NCBI GenBank assembly: GCA_000934665.2
Contig: JYFJ02003845.1
Location: 1-36,958 of the forward strand
Length of the DNA stretch: 36,958 bases
DNA from: Catajapyx aquilonaris
Taxonomy: Eukaryota
Direction of reading: 5' to 3'
This document shows positions 19,801-31,257 of this stretch, piece after piece (the first letter of the stretch is position 1; the number at the start of each line of letters is the position of its first letter). The translations under genes were made by a program, and so were the position numbers. The notes beneath the pieces are model-generated. The model was not told where the DNA came from. It worked only from the letters and a program-made list of their open reading frames with translations, and ran no database searches.

Positions 19801-22800
19801 AATCCACTCTCAAAACCAAAAGGTCATAATGGATGGGGCACAAAAGTGTGACGTAAGTTCCGGCAATGTCATCTGCACCTATCATCCCCTAAAAAAAAAG
19901 TCCTGTCAAACAAAGGCCATCCATCTTCATTTTAATCCCATTTGCTTTGAGTCTCACGTGTCCATGAATTATAATATTCGGCCCTTAAAAAATCATGCTT
20001 GCTCCATCTTAAAGGTATTTCTTGTCATTTGATACCACGCTGAAGCAATTACCGTCGGAGTAACGAGGCGTTCCCGAATCATTAAACTCCTTTCCAAACT
20101 TTAGGAATTCCTTACAAGGCTTCCTGCAGTTTATTTTCTTATTTTTAAAGTAGCATTTGCCTTATCGTGTAATCGCAACTCATTGGATAGAAAAGCAATT
20201 ACACAATAGGGCTGCCTTTCATATCTAACGAGGTTTTTACTGGTAATTTGAAGTACTTGAGCTGAGTTTGCACAAAGGAGGCTAACTCCTAAGGCAAAGC
20301 TGGGGAGTCTATAGACACTTTTATTTTACAAGTATCTCTCGCACAATAATGCATCTTCGATCCAATTAGACGTACACAAAGAGAGCAAAATGTGGAATAT
20401 ATGCCTAAACGAACGACATGACTCCGCCATCAGCTGAGTACCCAAAGCTGTAAAGAATTTTGTTACACACTGTATGCACAAGCACTGTACCAGTTTGTTA
20501 CCTATAATCGGATTCCGCAGATTTCAAGGCTGCACTGTACAACTACATATATTATTTCTCCAACATTAGTTGATATGACACTTAATTTACTGCTATCTTC
20601 ACAAATGTTTCGCGTGACCAGAGAGTTAAAGGAATAATTCATCATATAACAGGGGTTGAGCAAAACAGCCATTAATTTGCGTGCATGCAACTCGAAGGGA
20701 AATGTGCACCTGAATCTTGCCGATACCATTCATCTTACTATTCATCCCAAACACTAGCCAAGTTTCAAAGCCTTACTGCCGCAGGTTAGATCGTAATCAC
20801 TCCTGAATATATTCAGATGACGGGGAAAAAAAAATTAAAAAGGGAATCCCCCACTTTGATCCCTGGCATTCAAAACATCGTATCCAAGGATCAGTCTCCC
20901 TGCATTATGCCATGTCCCTGTATATGAATATTCCGCAATATAGGGAAAATGCAACAAAAGAGCTGTTGTATAAGCGCCCCCGTCTTTCAGACCCGCAGAA
21001 AGTCATGAAAATCCACGCCAAAATTAAAGCATCTCCCTCAAAACTGCAGGGCGGTTAATTTACTCCGGGTGAACTTTGTGCTGAAAATGCCAAGGGGGGT
21101 AGGTCACAGTTTTTCGCAGGGGTGGGGCAGCATTATGATCCTGAAAATAGGCTGCAATAACCGGGGTGGATAAAAGCTTGGCTAAGGATAAGAGAGGGGG
21201 TTAAAACCGGCCGCAGTTCTTTGCCACCGGGGGTATATAATAAGAGATCTGGATGCTTTTCATTAAAACCGCCCCTGCAGCTTATTTAATTAACCCCTGA
21301 GCTGGACGTGATAGTTTTAATAACCGGTGAGTCACGTCGTAAAATTGTGCTGCTGCCAGCCATTTTAAGTAACTAATATTTTTAAAAATATATATTCAAA
21401 CCCATCGAAAGTTGTGCGCAAAATACATGGCTGGCAAAGTGGTTTAAAAATTCAGGTTAAAACGACTAACATGTGATTAAATAGTTGCAAGGCGGGCCCA
21501 GCAAACCGACGGACCTTTCAGAATAACTTATCCGCCATCAGGCTGTAACCATGCATATATCAACAGACATTTGCATAACCTACGCTCCAATCAACATACC
21601 TTACGCCTTGCAAATGCGGATCCGTCATCCCAAAGTTGAAACTGCCAAAACCTGCACAATGCTACCTAATGGAAATATTATGTTCCTTTTCCTACATAGA
21701 GTTACTCTAAGTATCTATAGAATGTTTGCCAAAAAAAATGGATCAATGGAATATCCGTCAGTCCTGAAGCCCTGGTCTATAATGAAGCCCCAAAAGAATC
21801 GTAAGTGTCTAAAAGAGGGTACTTTCTACAGATATATCCGTCCCAAAAATAACATAATTCTTCCCTCAGGTACGTTTCCATCCAAAAACTCTTGTAACGA
21901 TATGCAACAAGCCTGCCAGTTTATGTAAAAAAAAAAAACTGAAAAAAAATGCTGTCGATGCATCTACTTTCTGAGTCTGAGCCATGAAAACTGCAGCACT
22001 CCGCCGATGCACTTGCGAATGCAATTTTGATGGGGGGCCAATCAGCCCCGGGGCCATAAAGTGCCATAAAAACGCCGGCCAAGAACCCATTTGTTACCCT
22101 CCACTATTGACAGGCATGTGTAAAAAATTCATCTAAATTTTGCTCCACCAGATGTGTTCACAAGCTCTCCAAAAAAAAAATGTGTAAAAATCACATTTAT
22201 TTTCAAAAAAAACGCAGTCCCACTGGTCACTTCAAATACTCTATACCCGCATCCCGCATTCGCCAAATTGTCCCCCACCCCCACCCCCCCATGGCAAATA
22301 TTCTCTTCATCTTTTGTCGAGGTCGCGGGCAAAGATCCAACCAGGTCGCAAATTGTCGCTTGGGGAATCGAGCGGAATCAAGTGCCTCTTTTCCATGGAG
22401 GGAACTTGGCCCTGATGAATAATGACTCATTATTCACAGACAACGTCCGCGTGTCACTTTTCTTTGATGTCATCCCATGATTCAATCACAAACCTCCCAC
22501 CTCTTTGCCTCACAGCATTTAGAGGGGGGGGATTCCTTTGCCTTTCAAAATACCGCGCGCCTCCAAGAAGCGTCCTTGATCACGTCGCTTTGGGTTTTAC
22601 GACCGGTTTTAAAGGTTTTCACCCGTACGAACCAATTAAGGCCGCCAATTTAATGGTTCGAGCAATATTTGCGATGGGAATTTACCAGGCCACACCCTTG
22701 CCACGGACCCGTTGCGATGACAAGGCGTGGCCTGGTAAGTGCCTAACGTGTTAAGAATTTACCAGGCCACGCCCCATTCTTGCGCTGGGAGCTTACCAGG

Positions 22801-25800
22801 CCACGCCCTGTCATCGCAAACGTGCAAAATGTGGTCCGTGGCAGTTGATGAACTCAGTGTGACATTACATCTGACAGAACTAACGCCCATACCCTGTCAA
22901 AAGTTGAGTCGATGACGTGGGGGAAAAGCTAATCTGCCAAGTAGTGATTTTTTGATGGTGCTTATGTCCCCTCGAGGCCACGGAAGACTTACCAGGCTGT
23001 CATTCACGATTGCCTCTTTCCATCGCCATTGATTAAGCTGGATGAAACTTTGGGAGCAAAAGACGTTTGGTGGCCACCTTTGTAGGATGTAATTAAGTGA
23101 TGGCCTGGGGCACATTGTTGGCAATGAGTCGCCATCAATGCAACAATATGGTGGGGCATACAGAGGACGACCCTGTCGACCCAATGCAGGCAATAAATAA
23201 CAGATGCTAGTGAGCATTTGCGTCAACTACGAATTATTTGCATATGAGGGGGGGGGGGGATACATATTTCATACGGGGTGACTCTAGGGTTTTGAATTTT
23301 AAAAAATAGCAGGTTGAAGGGGGTGGAAGAAAAGTCAATATTTTCCATTATTTTAAATTATTCAATAGCCCAGCATAATTTTTCAGTTGGCCAGGCGTGA
23401 ATGCGCAATTGGATAAGCCGATCGTTGCTTTCCCGAGGGGAATTAGTCGGTAACGGAATTTTTGTTAATTTCGCAACGGAAGTATCGCACTATGGCCTTT
23501 TCTCCTATACCAAATCGACACGCACATACAGGGGGATAAAAAATTCAACTTAGCTGAAAATGTTACAGGTAACATGTTCAGAAAAAATAATAATATTGCT
23601 GCATTCATTACTATACCAACTCTCAATATTGCGCAATTTTGAAGCGGCAGATATGATTTCCCTTGATTTTTTTTTACGATATATGAAAAACTTGTTTATT
23701 ACAGAAAATTATTGACAGCTGTAGTGCTCTCCTTGTTGAGTCACTCTATAGGCCTACAGAAGCACAATACTGTACCACCAATAGTATATGGTCGACATAA
23801 CCCACGACTCGTTACAAACTTTCCTAACGAGTAGCCTCGAACATCCCCTAGCAACAATATTGTACCTCAGAATTGCGATGGAACAACAGAAAATATCATT
23901 ATTTTTGTTTAGGATATTTCAGGGTGTCCGGCCAGTTCTAATTAAATTTGATAGGAAAAAGTCATCTCTACAAAGTGGAAGCTCCTATACGAAAACAGCT
24001 TCTTTGACAGATCTGTTACAATAATACATTTTCTCTGTCATAATAAATTAGGCAAAAACAAAACGTGTCACTTTGAAAGAACGCTATACCATATATTTCT
24101 ATCAACGTCACGCGCCTCCAGCAACCATATTTGATCAAAGCAACTGCCTACGACATCTTTCAATTCAGTCTTCTCTACTATAAAAAAAATCCGAATATTA
24201 AGCGACATCCCAAAAGTTCCGACCCAAAAGCGCGCTCCATCCATCAGCCCTTCAAAAATCGATGCCAAGTTTGTTGCATTGCATTTCGATTCTTCGCGAC
24301 TGATAAAGAAAATTCGGCCAAGGCGCTGACATTCTTCCCAGAGAATTTCTCCGCCAACTTTTTTTTTTTTTTTTTTGAAATATAGACTATATATTTTTAT
24401 TCTTCTTCTTCAGTGACGCAGCTGGAGGCCTGACATTTGACGGTGAAGCGAAAAGTTGAGGGGCCTTTCCAACTGGAAACAATCGCTTGCATCGCATCTC
24501 CCGCTGTGAAATAGGATCCCTGAATCAGCCCCTTATACAACACAATATATATAGATTCATACAAACAAGCAACAAAAACATTTCCGTCGAAAACGTGGCT
24601 CTAACGAAAGGTGTTTTCGCAAAATCGCAAACTCGCAAAATCGACGCTGTAAGTTCACGCTCACGCTACCAATTTTCGCTAACACGAGGTATCTTCCTTT
24701 GTGTGTTTACCGCATACTTTGTGTGCTCCAAGTTAAACAAACCTTGTACAAAATTCGCCAAAGTATTTTCGAGTGCGTGTGTATACACAACCATTTGCAC
24801 TTTACGGATATATCTCTCCTGGGTTAAATCTGGACTATTTATTTGTACGTCGGTCAAAGGGAGACGAATTTTTAGATGCTCGTAAGTGCAACCTTGAACT
24901 AGTTAATGGAGTACCGCAGTTTATCATGACTTGTGTCAGCGGACCAACCTCTCTGTAATCAGGTCACAACGTGGGATATAAAATGGTTCGGACATGGAAA
25001 ACATTTTGGACCGGTGTTATCAATCACGCTTTTATGCCATAAAATACCAAAACAACAGGGGCTGGAGCGTAGGAGTCAATGGGATTACAATGCGTGCTCT
25101 CTGAATGAAATTAATTGGCCTTTGCCGAATTAATTTTCACTAAATCGTGGCCCCCCCCATTATTTCTGGATGGACGACCGACCGACATGTACACTGGACG
25201 TTATATAGGTGTGGTCTACTGTGTTTTTGACCGTTGGGTAATGAGATGTCAATTTCTATTCTCTAAATGGCCTATAATGGTTTGGTCCACTTGAACTAGC
25301 TATTTTTGGTGTATCTATTTCAAATTTAATTGTTAGAGCAGAATTTGAATCAATTCAAATGAAAAAAAATTTGACAACCAGTTGTGGAAATTTTATCTAA
25401 TGTAGATTCGGTTCCCACTTGCCACATTTTTAAAAACAAACAAAATCAATCAGCCCAATTTATTCAATTACCACAGAAATGTTTACACCGATTATGATAT
25501 TTTATATGGTTCAAATCAATAGGACAGTGGTACTAAAATTTATTAAATCAATTTCCACTCTGAATTATTTGAGAGCAAAATGGACCGAATCTTCCTCCTT
25601 GCACATTATTTTTTAAAAGAAGCCAGTTAACATTTTCTCCCTGCTCACAATGTGGGTCTGGGTGTCATGAAGGTTTACTGACGAAAAGCCCCTCTAGTCA
25701 TTTCCATTCACTTTCAATTATGCATGTATGCACTAGGAATTGGATAAAGCGGAAAGAAAACAAGGTCAGAAATATCGTCACTCGCTTTTTTTTCTCTCTC

Positions 25801-28800
25801 TCTCTTCTTGGCCAAAAAAAAATTCGCGATAGTCTCCCCAGAACAAAATCAGGTCACGTCAATTCCAGCTTTCAGAAATAAACTTTCCATTTTGCGTTCT
25901 ACTGGAAACGACCGAAACCATTCCTGTTTAATTGCTGCTGTCAAACTGCGGGGCCTTTTTTTTACATCCAAGTTCCACATTGAATGAGAAATTTCGCGCC
26001 TCTGTATTCACTCTACTGCAAAAAGGTGGTGGTGGTGGGGATACTATTTATAATCATAGATCCAGAAGAGAAATTTTCCTGACGGCTCGATTTGCAAAAA
26101 AATGTTTCTTCTGACATCTTCGATTTTTATCAAATTTTTCAAAAAAAAAATTTCTTCAAAGAGAGTCACGCTCTATGGCTATACGTCAATGTTTTTTTAC
26201 GTTTCGCTGGCGGTATATCACCCAGAGACAATGCTAATCAATGGCACTCTTTTTCCAGCGAGGTATAGCCTCCGAAGCGTGCAACAATAAATTCAAGCCG
26301 ATTGCCAAAACTGTGTAAGAAACCAATAAATCATGCGGAAGAATCTCTATCGGAAAAGGATTCCCTCAAAACTTATTGGCAACTAAGGCCCGCCATTCTC
26401 CTCACGTGGCTACCTTTCCTACGAACGTGAACGTCAGCTGTGCTGTACATGATTCAAGTTGAGGAGTGTGGCAGAACAGAAATTGCTTCAGGCCCTGAAA
26501 TCCTTGATTTACCAGAAAAAATTACTCTGCCGCATATACGTGCAAGTCATAAAAATCTGTTACGAGTTAGAACAACGAGTGAAGTCTATAGGAGTTCTTG
26601 GCCAACGACGTCATTTTTTGAACGCCAAATGCCTACACTCGACAGAATATTGCGCGATTGTACATCATCACGGGCCACTCGAACCTTCGTTTATTGCTGG
26701 GAGCCACTACACTGCCTATATTGCTCTTCATATTTCATTAGGGTAATCGAGTTCGATTCCTGCATATTTCACCAGCTAGTACTAGACTCAGGAAAAAGTC
26801 TGCTCAAACTCTGTTAATTACACCTCCGATATTAGCCAGAGGCATTCTGATGCATCGCAACAAGGTGTCCCTCATCGTCAAAAAATAATTCAAAACGAGT
26901 TCCTGCGGCAAACCCTATGATTAATTTAATTATCGCTCTTTTTTCCATCCGATTCTCACTTTTGACTGGACTTGTGACGCTAAATCTTGTCCCGTTTGGC
27001 ATGCTAATGAGCTCGCATATTGAAATGTCCGGACCGAATGAATGGTCCATAAGCGCACTTGATTGCACCCACAGCAGGCCTCGTAAAAGGGCTTCTGTAC
27101 ACTAGGATCCACAGCTCGGACCACTTTGCGGAAAGGCAAATATTAATCTTACTTCTCATGAAAGAGTATATATAGGTCCAGGTTGGGCAAACAGGAGCGG
27201 CTCAGTCTTGGTTTACCTGGAAGGCAGAGGCCGGTTTTCAAAGGACGCCAAGAAAACCCCTCTCCTCCTCCTCCCTTTAATCTTATTTCGAGACGACCTT
27301 GCCCTCTACGAGGTAAACCAATTGGGCCCAATCTTCCGAGTCGGGCCACTTTGCTTCCATTACCTCCGCGGCTGAAAAGATCCGACATCCTTCAAAATAG
27401 CTGACGGCCGATCAGGTAACGATCCGAATGGCAACGCTGTCAGGGGGCCGGAAGCTCTCAACTAATCCGGAGCGAAGGGGGATTAAGCCAAGGGGGCTTT
27501 GGATTGGCGGGAGGCAATATGCGCAGCGTTGCCAGTTTGCACTTTTGGAGATCTTGTTTGAATATCATTTTTAGTAATTTTAAACCCCCATACAAGGACA
27601 GATCCCTTTCAAAAGGGGTGTATGACACATTTATTTATTCCACATATGTGGGATAAATTGCGATTAAGGACAATATTAAGTAATTTAACTAAATATGTAA
27701 CTGCATTTCAATAACGGATTTCATAGTATAGTGAGATGATCAATGGGTTGGTAATACTACGCCTAACAACCAGCGCTGGTGGATCTCATCGACATCCGTG
27801 TGAACAACACCACGTAAGTTATTAACCCGCAGCCTCCAACTGGCAATGACGCCAAGGAATTGTTATCTCCGCAGCATACGTTGGCTCTCTAACCAATTAT
27901 TCCGGCCAATATTGCGCTCCGAACGTTACAAAAAACCGGTCGAGAGTATTTTTCAAAAAATATCGGAGGGTGGTAGCAGGGTATACGTGTAAGCGAACAA
28001 TCCAGGCCTGGTACAAAACTGGGCACAATAGAGTGTTGGCCTCGGTCCTGTGCACTTCTCTCGCACGCTGGACTGAACCAGGTCGCAGCTTCTATCCATA
28101 TTCCCATACACACACAAAAAAAAAGTTCGCTATCGACTCGTGCGTGCAAACATCTCCTAGCAAAGGTTAGCTGCGACATTTATATGACTCTTTTCAAAAT
28201 GCAATATTCTTTCTCTGGCCTGGATTCTGGGCGGGGACAACCCTCTTCCAGATGAACCCATTCAATTTCTCCTCCATTATTACAGGCTGCCGGATGGTAA
28301 TGGGGGCAGGAACAACACTCGTGCTGAATCCCTTAGCAAAGAAGGATGGGTCTGAATAGTATATAGGGACCGACGAGGTTGAAGTTCTGATGAGATTCCG
28401 TTGAAATCTTTCGGATTCAGATGTCGCCTTTTCGCATTTCCAACTTTACATGATGATGATGAATAGAAAATTACGGGTCATATAGCCCTGAAGCTTGGAA
28501 ATGGCCAATATTGGCCTGTTATCTGCAAATACCTCTCAAGGACACAGAACATATTCCAACCAACTCCACACTTCATTTACGGTGAAAATTACATCGTACC
28601 AGAACCAGCTCCCGGCAATCGGAGGGTTGGTTCAGCAACACACACAAAAAAAACGCGTATGTCGGTTGCAGAAATGAACTGTGCAAATCGTGCAGGCCGC
28701 AATGTGTTTGCTGCAAAGCGTCCGCACGCATGCTGCAGAGAGTTGCGGTCTCACCAACACTAATCCAGTTGAACACGGCAGAAAATAATGAACACCCAAC

Positions 28801-31223
28801 TGGCCATTCCTCAATTTCATCCGGACGATGCAATCAAGAAAGTTTTCAGTACAGGGTCCGCCAAAATGTCCTTCATCCGGTACTTAAGACACGAATATCA
28901 TCCAAGTGCCTGCTAATGGGATATTTATAACTTGAAGACTGCGATACCAAGGAACCTGTCCAACATCAGACGCAAAAACTGACGGCTACGGTTTATGCAA
29001 CAAAGACATTGCTGATGGACCTCCAGCAAAAATTGAGTTTTTGCTCCAGATATGAACTTTTTTCCATGCATTATTTCAACCCCGTCAGTTCTGGTCTCCT
29101 GCAGTTACCCTGATGAGTCATTAACTTGCATGTAAAACATCAAAAGAGCCCTACTGGAAAATTGCTGCACCTCCTTTATAGAATTGTAAATTGTATGTCG
29201 GGTGGTCCTGGTTCTTTGCTAGTATGTTCTACATGCTCCATCCAAAATCTCCATTAGCTTAGGACCAGGCCCCCAAACTTAGGGGCTTTTCATGAATAAT
29301 ACGGAGAGTGGGCCTCATGTTTATGGATATTTCGAATTCAGAGAGAGCCAGTGCCCAGCCTTTCAAGTGCACCATTGAGGTTGGCATAGTCAGATGATGA
29401 ATCGGACACCTTGGAAACTATATGGTCTCCCACAATTTATGGGTTCACACGGGCGTTGTTGGGTCGTTGTGCATTGCACAGATTGCACTCTCAGTTAACC
29501 CTAGTAATGAGACCCACAGGCAATGGCCAAGACTATCGATTCGCCACTTTGCCCCCCAGCAACTAGCAAAAATTTTCCAGCATATTAATCAACCGCCCCC
29601 GCACCTTTCCCTTGAAACACTCCCGATTATGAACTACGATCCACATAATTTTTGCAGTGCGCCTTGGGGGTCTCCAATTCCCCATGTCGAAAACCATCAG
29701 CAAAAACCCTCTACCTCCCACATGGGGCACCACCACAATAAAAAGCCAGCCAGATCCGGACCGTACCTGTAACCACAGCTTTGCAAGTGAAAACAAAAGG
29801 CAAGCTCTTAAAATTAGACAACCCGCTTCAAACTTGCACTTTCGCTCACCTAACAGACTGAATCGATAGGAAAGCATATATTATTTAACAGCATCTGGTT
29901 CCTTTGAGCTGCGGCAGGTAAAGCAGGGAGTTGGAAAAAAATCCCAGTGGTCTGGAACCGACATATTCCCATATAACCGGTTGCAAAATTTGGCTTCAAA
30001 GGTCGCGTTTAAAAGGCTGGAAAAATACACTGTAGGAGAAAAAAAGTCCAGACCTGTAAAATATACTATGTGCTATAACTATTTTCCACATTTAATCCTG
30101 AATTTATGACACGAACAATACCTAGATACACAAACTGCTTCACCTGCTCAACGAGACTTGTTACCACATTACATTCTGGGGTCTGTAACAGGTCTGTAAG
30201 GTAATGGATTCGAGGGCATCGGAGAGTGCGAATCCGCATCAAATGCGAGCGATCCATTCCCCTGTCAAATATAAAGCCTCCTTATCTGGAGGTCCTACCG
30301 AGGGAAAAGGCTATGGGGGCTATAGTACCCTAAAATGAAGTTTCTTCCGGAAATCATCTGTGGACTCGAGGAAAGGCTGGATTCAGTTACATCATAAATG
30401 AGGAAAATGGTGGGGGACTCAAAGGTGCTAAAATTCTTTCATTTGATGTTACTTTGATAGCAGTGCTTCTCATAACGTTGGAAAATGCGCAGCTTTCAAG
30501 TGATTTTGTGTACTGTATCATTAAATTTTACGTATCTTTTTTAAAAATGAATATTCCAAGAATTTGCAAATTACAGTATGCGATCTACAGTATTCAACAT
30601 CCCACCACATCATAGGCTGTAATACCTCACGCTGAGAAGACAAAACCTGAACAAATTCCCGCAGGCTCAGGGCGCACAATTTTTCCCCGAACACATCCTG
30701 CAACAAAACCAGTGAGACCTAACAGAGTTATTGAACTACACCAATATGAAACATATACTGTCATACTTGGTCCAATCATCCTAAACATTGTGACCGTACA
30801 GTGCTCACTGTGGACATCAAATGAAATATGCATCCCTATATATCAGAGTGCATTTGGTCACGTTAAAAAGTCATATCTTGCCTCCCAACCTCGGGTCAAA
30901 TATGCATAAGTATATGCTATGCAAATATTTTAAAAAGTTTCGGACAAACTATGCAACCATCAGCACTCTAGCATATTTTCTTGCATATGATGGTTGTACA
31001 CTGTAAAAAAATTGGTTAAAATTTATTTGACCCTATAATTTTTTGTCCTCTAGTACATCCAATCCTCTTGTAACACGACACCGAGAGAAAATCACTCACC
31101 GGCCAACTTTCTCTCGCGCAATTTCCGCCATATCTGTTCCGCCTTTCTTCTTGACCACCCCTCAACTCCGGCGACTTTGGCGCTGAAGCTCCGGATGAAC
31201 CGGAAATCCCGGAAATGCGTCAT
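7738..31223 (-). CDS. cv-c: SAM-RhoGAP-START protein (crossveinless-c / DLC1 / STARD13 family), about 1120 aa, 16 coding exons
   Basis: SAM (EIEAVEACKWLRAAGFPQYAQMYED), WTFQRHSRRWSR, RRMESLK, RhoGAP with arginine finger (QVGLFRKSG; VKQYFRELPE; NQMTASNLAVCFAPSLF), START domain, C-terminal GPESKV. All 15 introns are GT-AG and phase-consistent (3363 nt). Confidence 0.93.
7927..8345 (-). CDS. cv-c: cv-c exon (START domain)
   Basis: KKVGDGHPLRL...ERHLWD...LASRFLIEPCGSGKSRILHLSRVD; CACAG / GTAAGT. Confidence 0.95.
8407..8909 (-). CDS. cv-c: cv-c exon (RhoGAP end, START start)
   Basis: LLLLPDENREALHTLL...NQMTASNLAVCFAPSLF...LLKEARERTRGW; TCCAG / GTCAGT. Confidence 0.95.
8994..9201 (-). CDS. cv-c: cv-c exon (RhoGAP, catalytic Arg)
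   Basis: VGLFRKSGVRSRIQKLR...AYDVADLVKQYFRELPE; TGCAG / GTGAGT. Confidence 0.95.
9260..9372 (-). CDS. cv-c: cv-c exon (RhoGAP start)
   Basis: DRVVFGVPLLLILQRTGQALPKSIQQALRYLRLNAFDQ; TACAG / GTATGA. Confidence 0.93.
9428..9678 (-). CDS. cv-c: cv-c exon (pre-GAP)
   Basis: RWHSFQ...LRKLALLKLTAWMERYCPSHRSGWNWELPKFIRKIKAPDYK; CACAG / GTCAGT. Confidence 0.93.
9742..9859 (-). CDS. cv-c: cv-c exon
   Basis: DVNLSREDKSGSSDL...AYRQG; TTTCAG / GTGAGT; phases fit both neighbours. Confidence 0.8.
11193..11423 (-). CDS. cv-c: cv-c exon
   Basis: Contains RRSYYDNVP (DLC-family S-x-YDNV motif); TTGTAG / GTAGGC. Confidence 0.85.
11497..11629 (-). CDS. cv-c: cv-c exon (basic/Ser-rich)
   Basis: EDDNAEQKARKKRSGS...SSSKT; TTTCAG / GTTGGT. 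Confidence 0.72.
11686..12063 (-). CDS. cv-c: cv-c exon (Ser/Thr-rich linker)
   Basis: PAFTEESS...GAYSDSECSP...EEEDEE; TTTCAG / GTGAGT; phase 0-0. Confidence 0.8.
12178..12392 (-). CDS. cv-c: cv-c exon
   Basis: DGAKALLRRMESLKSRR...VISGP...DLNCVDI; GTTCAG / GTAATT. Confidence 0.88.
12453..12659 (-). CDS. cv-c: cv-c exon (Ser-rich linker)
   Basis: ...SFKRSGSERLK; TTCCAG / GTAAAA; phases consistent. Confidence 0.8.
13367..13388. repeat. Perfect 22-bp palindrome AGCGGAAAGCTAGCTTTCCGCT
   Basis: Self-reverse-complementary with no spacer; intronic. Confidence 0.9.
13862..13994 (-). CDS. cv-c: cv-c exon
   Basis: VEESDEEEPCALSENWTFQRHSRRWSR, a conserved DLC-family motif; AACAG / GTAAGT. Confidence 0.9.
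17149..17291 (-). CDS. cv-c: cv-c exon, SAM domain part 2
   Basis: DFQFPIDVSAVQQDHPFLDPDALQSLFRRLHALNRCA; TTTCAG / GTAAGT. Confidence 0.93.
18304..18375 (-). CDS. cv-c: cv-c exon, SAM domain part 1
   Basis: IEAVEACKWLRAAGFPQYAQMYE; TTGCAG acceptor, GTAAGA donor. Confidence 0.93.
22416..22436. promoter_or_regulatory. 21-bp palindrome centred on an AP-1 site
   Basis: TGAATAATGA-C-TCATTATTCA, core ATGACTCAT. Confidence 0.4.
22669..22843. mobile_element. MITE-like foldback remnant with repeated TTACCAGGCCACGCCC motifs
   Basis: 22699-22739 is inverted relative to 22792-22843 (ends TGCCACGGACC / GGTCCGTGGCA); three direct and one inverted copy of the motif. Confidence 0.55.
31100..31223 (-). CDS. 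cv-c: cv-c first coding exon (MTHFRDFRFIRSFSAKVAGVEGWSRRKAEQIWRKLRERKLA)
   Basis: ATG at 31223; donor G|GTGAGT in phase 1 joins the exon at 18375 to give RKLAEIEAVEAC; resembles insect cv-c N-termini as I recall them. Too short for the ORF track. Confidence 0.8.
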
Positions 31224-31239
31224 TCTGGTCTCTCAGATT

Positions 31240-31257
31240 TCACAAGTCCGAAGTCAT
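31240..31257 (-). other. Upstream ORF (MTSDL*) in the putative cv-c 5' UTR
   Basis: ATGACTTCGGACTTGTGA ends 16 nt upstream of the main ATG. Confidence 0.4.

Noticed and set aside
21044..21280. CTGCAGGGCGGTT / AACCGCCCCTGCAG inverted pair
   Set aside because: Short and imperfect with no TSD; possibly an old MITE but not supportable.
26749..26762. Isolated Pol III B-box-like motifs (also about 7693 and 32145)
   Set aside because: No A box or cloverleaf upstream.
26440..26817. Overlapping plus-strand ORFs (also 28495-28930, 31818-32264, 35923-36438)
   Set aside because: No recognisable domain or splice support; may be decayed transposon sequence but cannot be assigned by eye.
28387..28425. 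CTGATGA...GAAA on plus
   Set aside because: No stem I complementarity; chance match.
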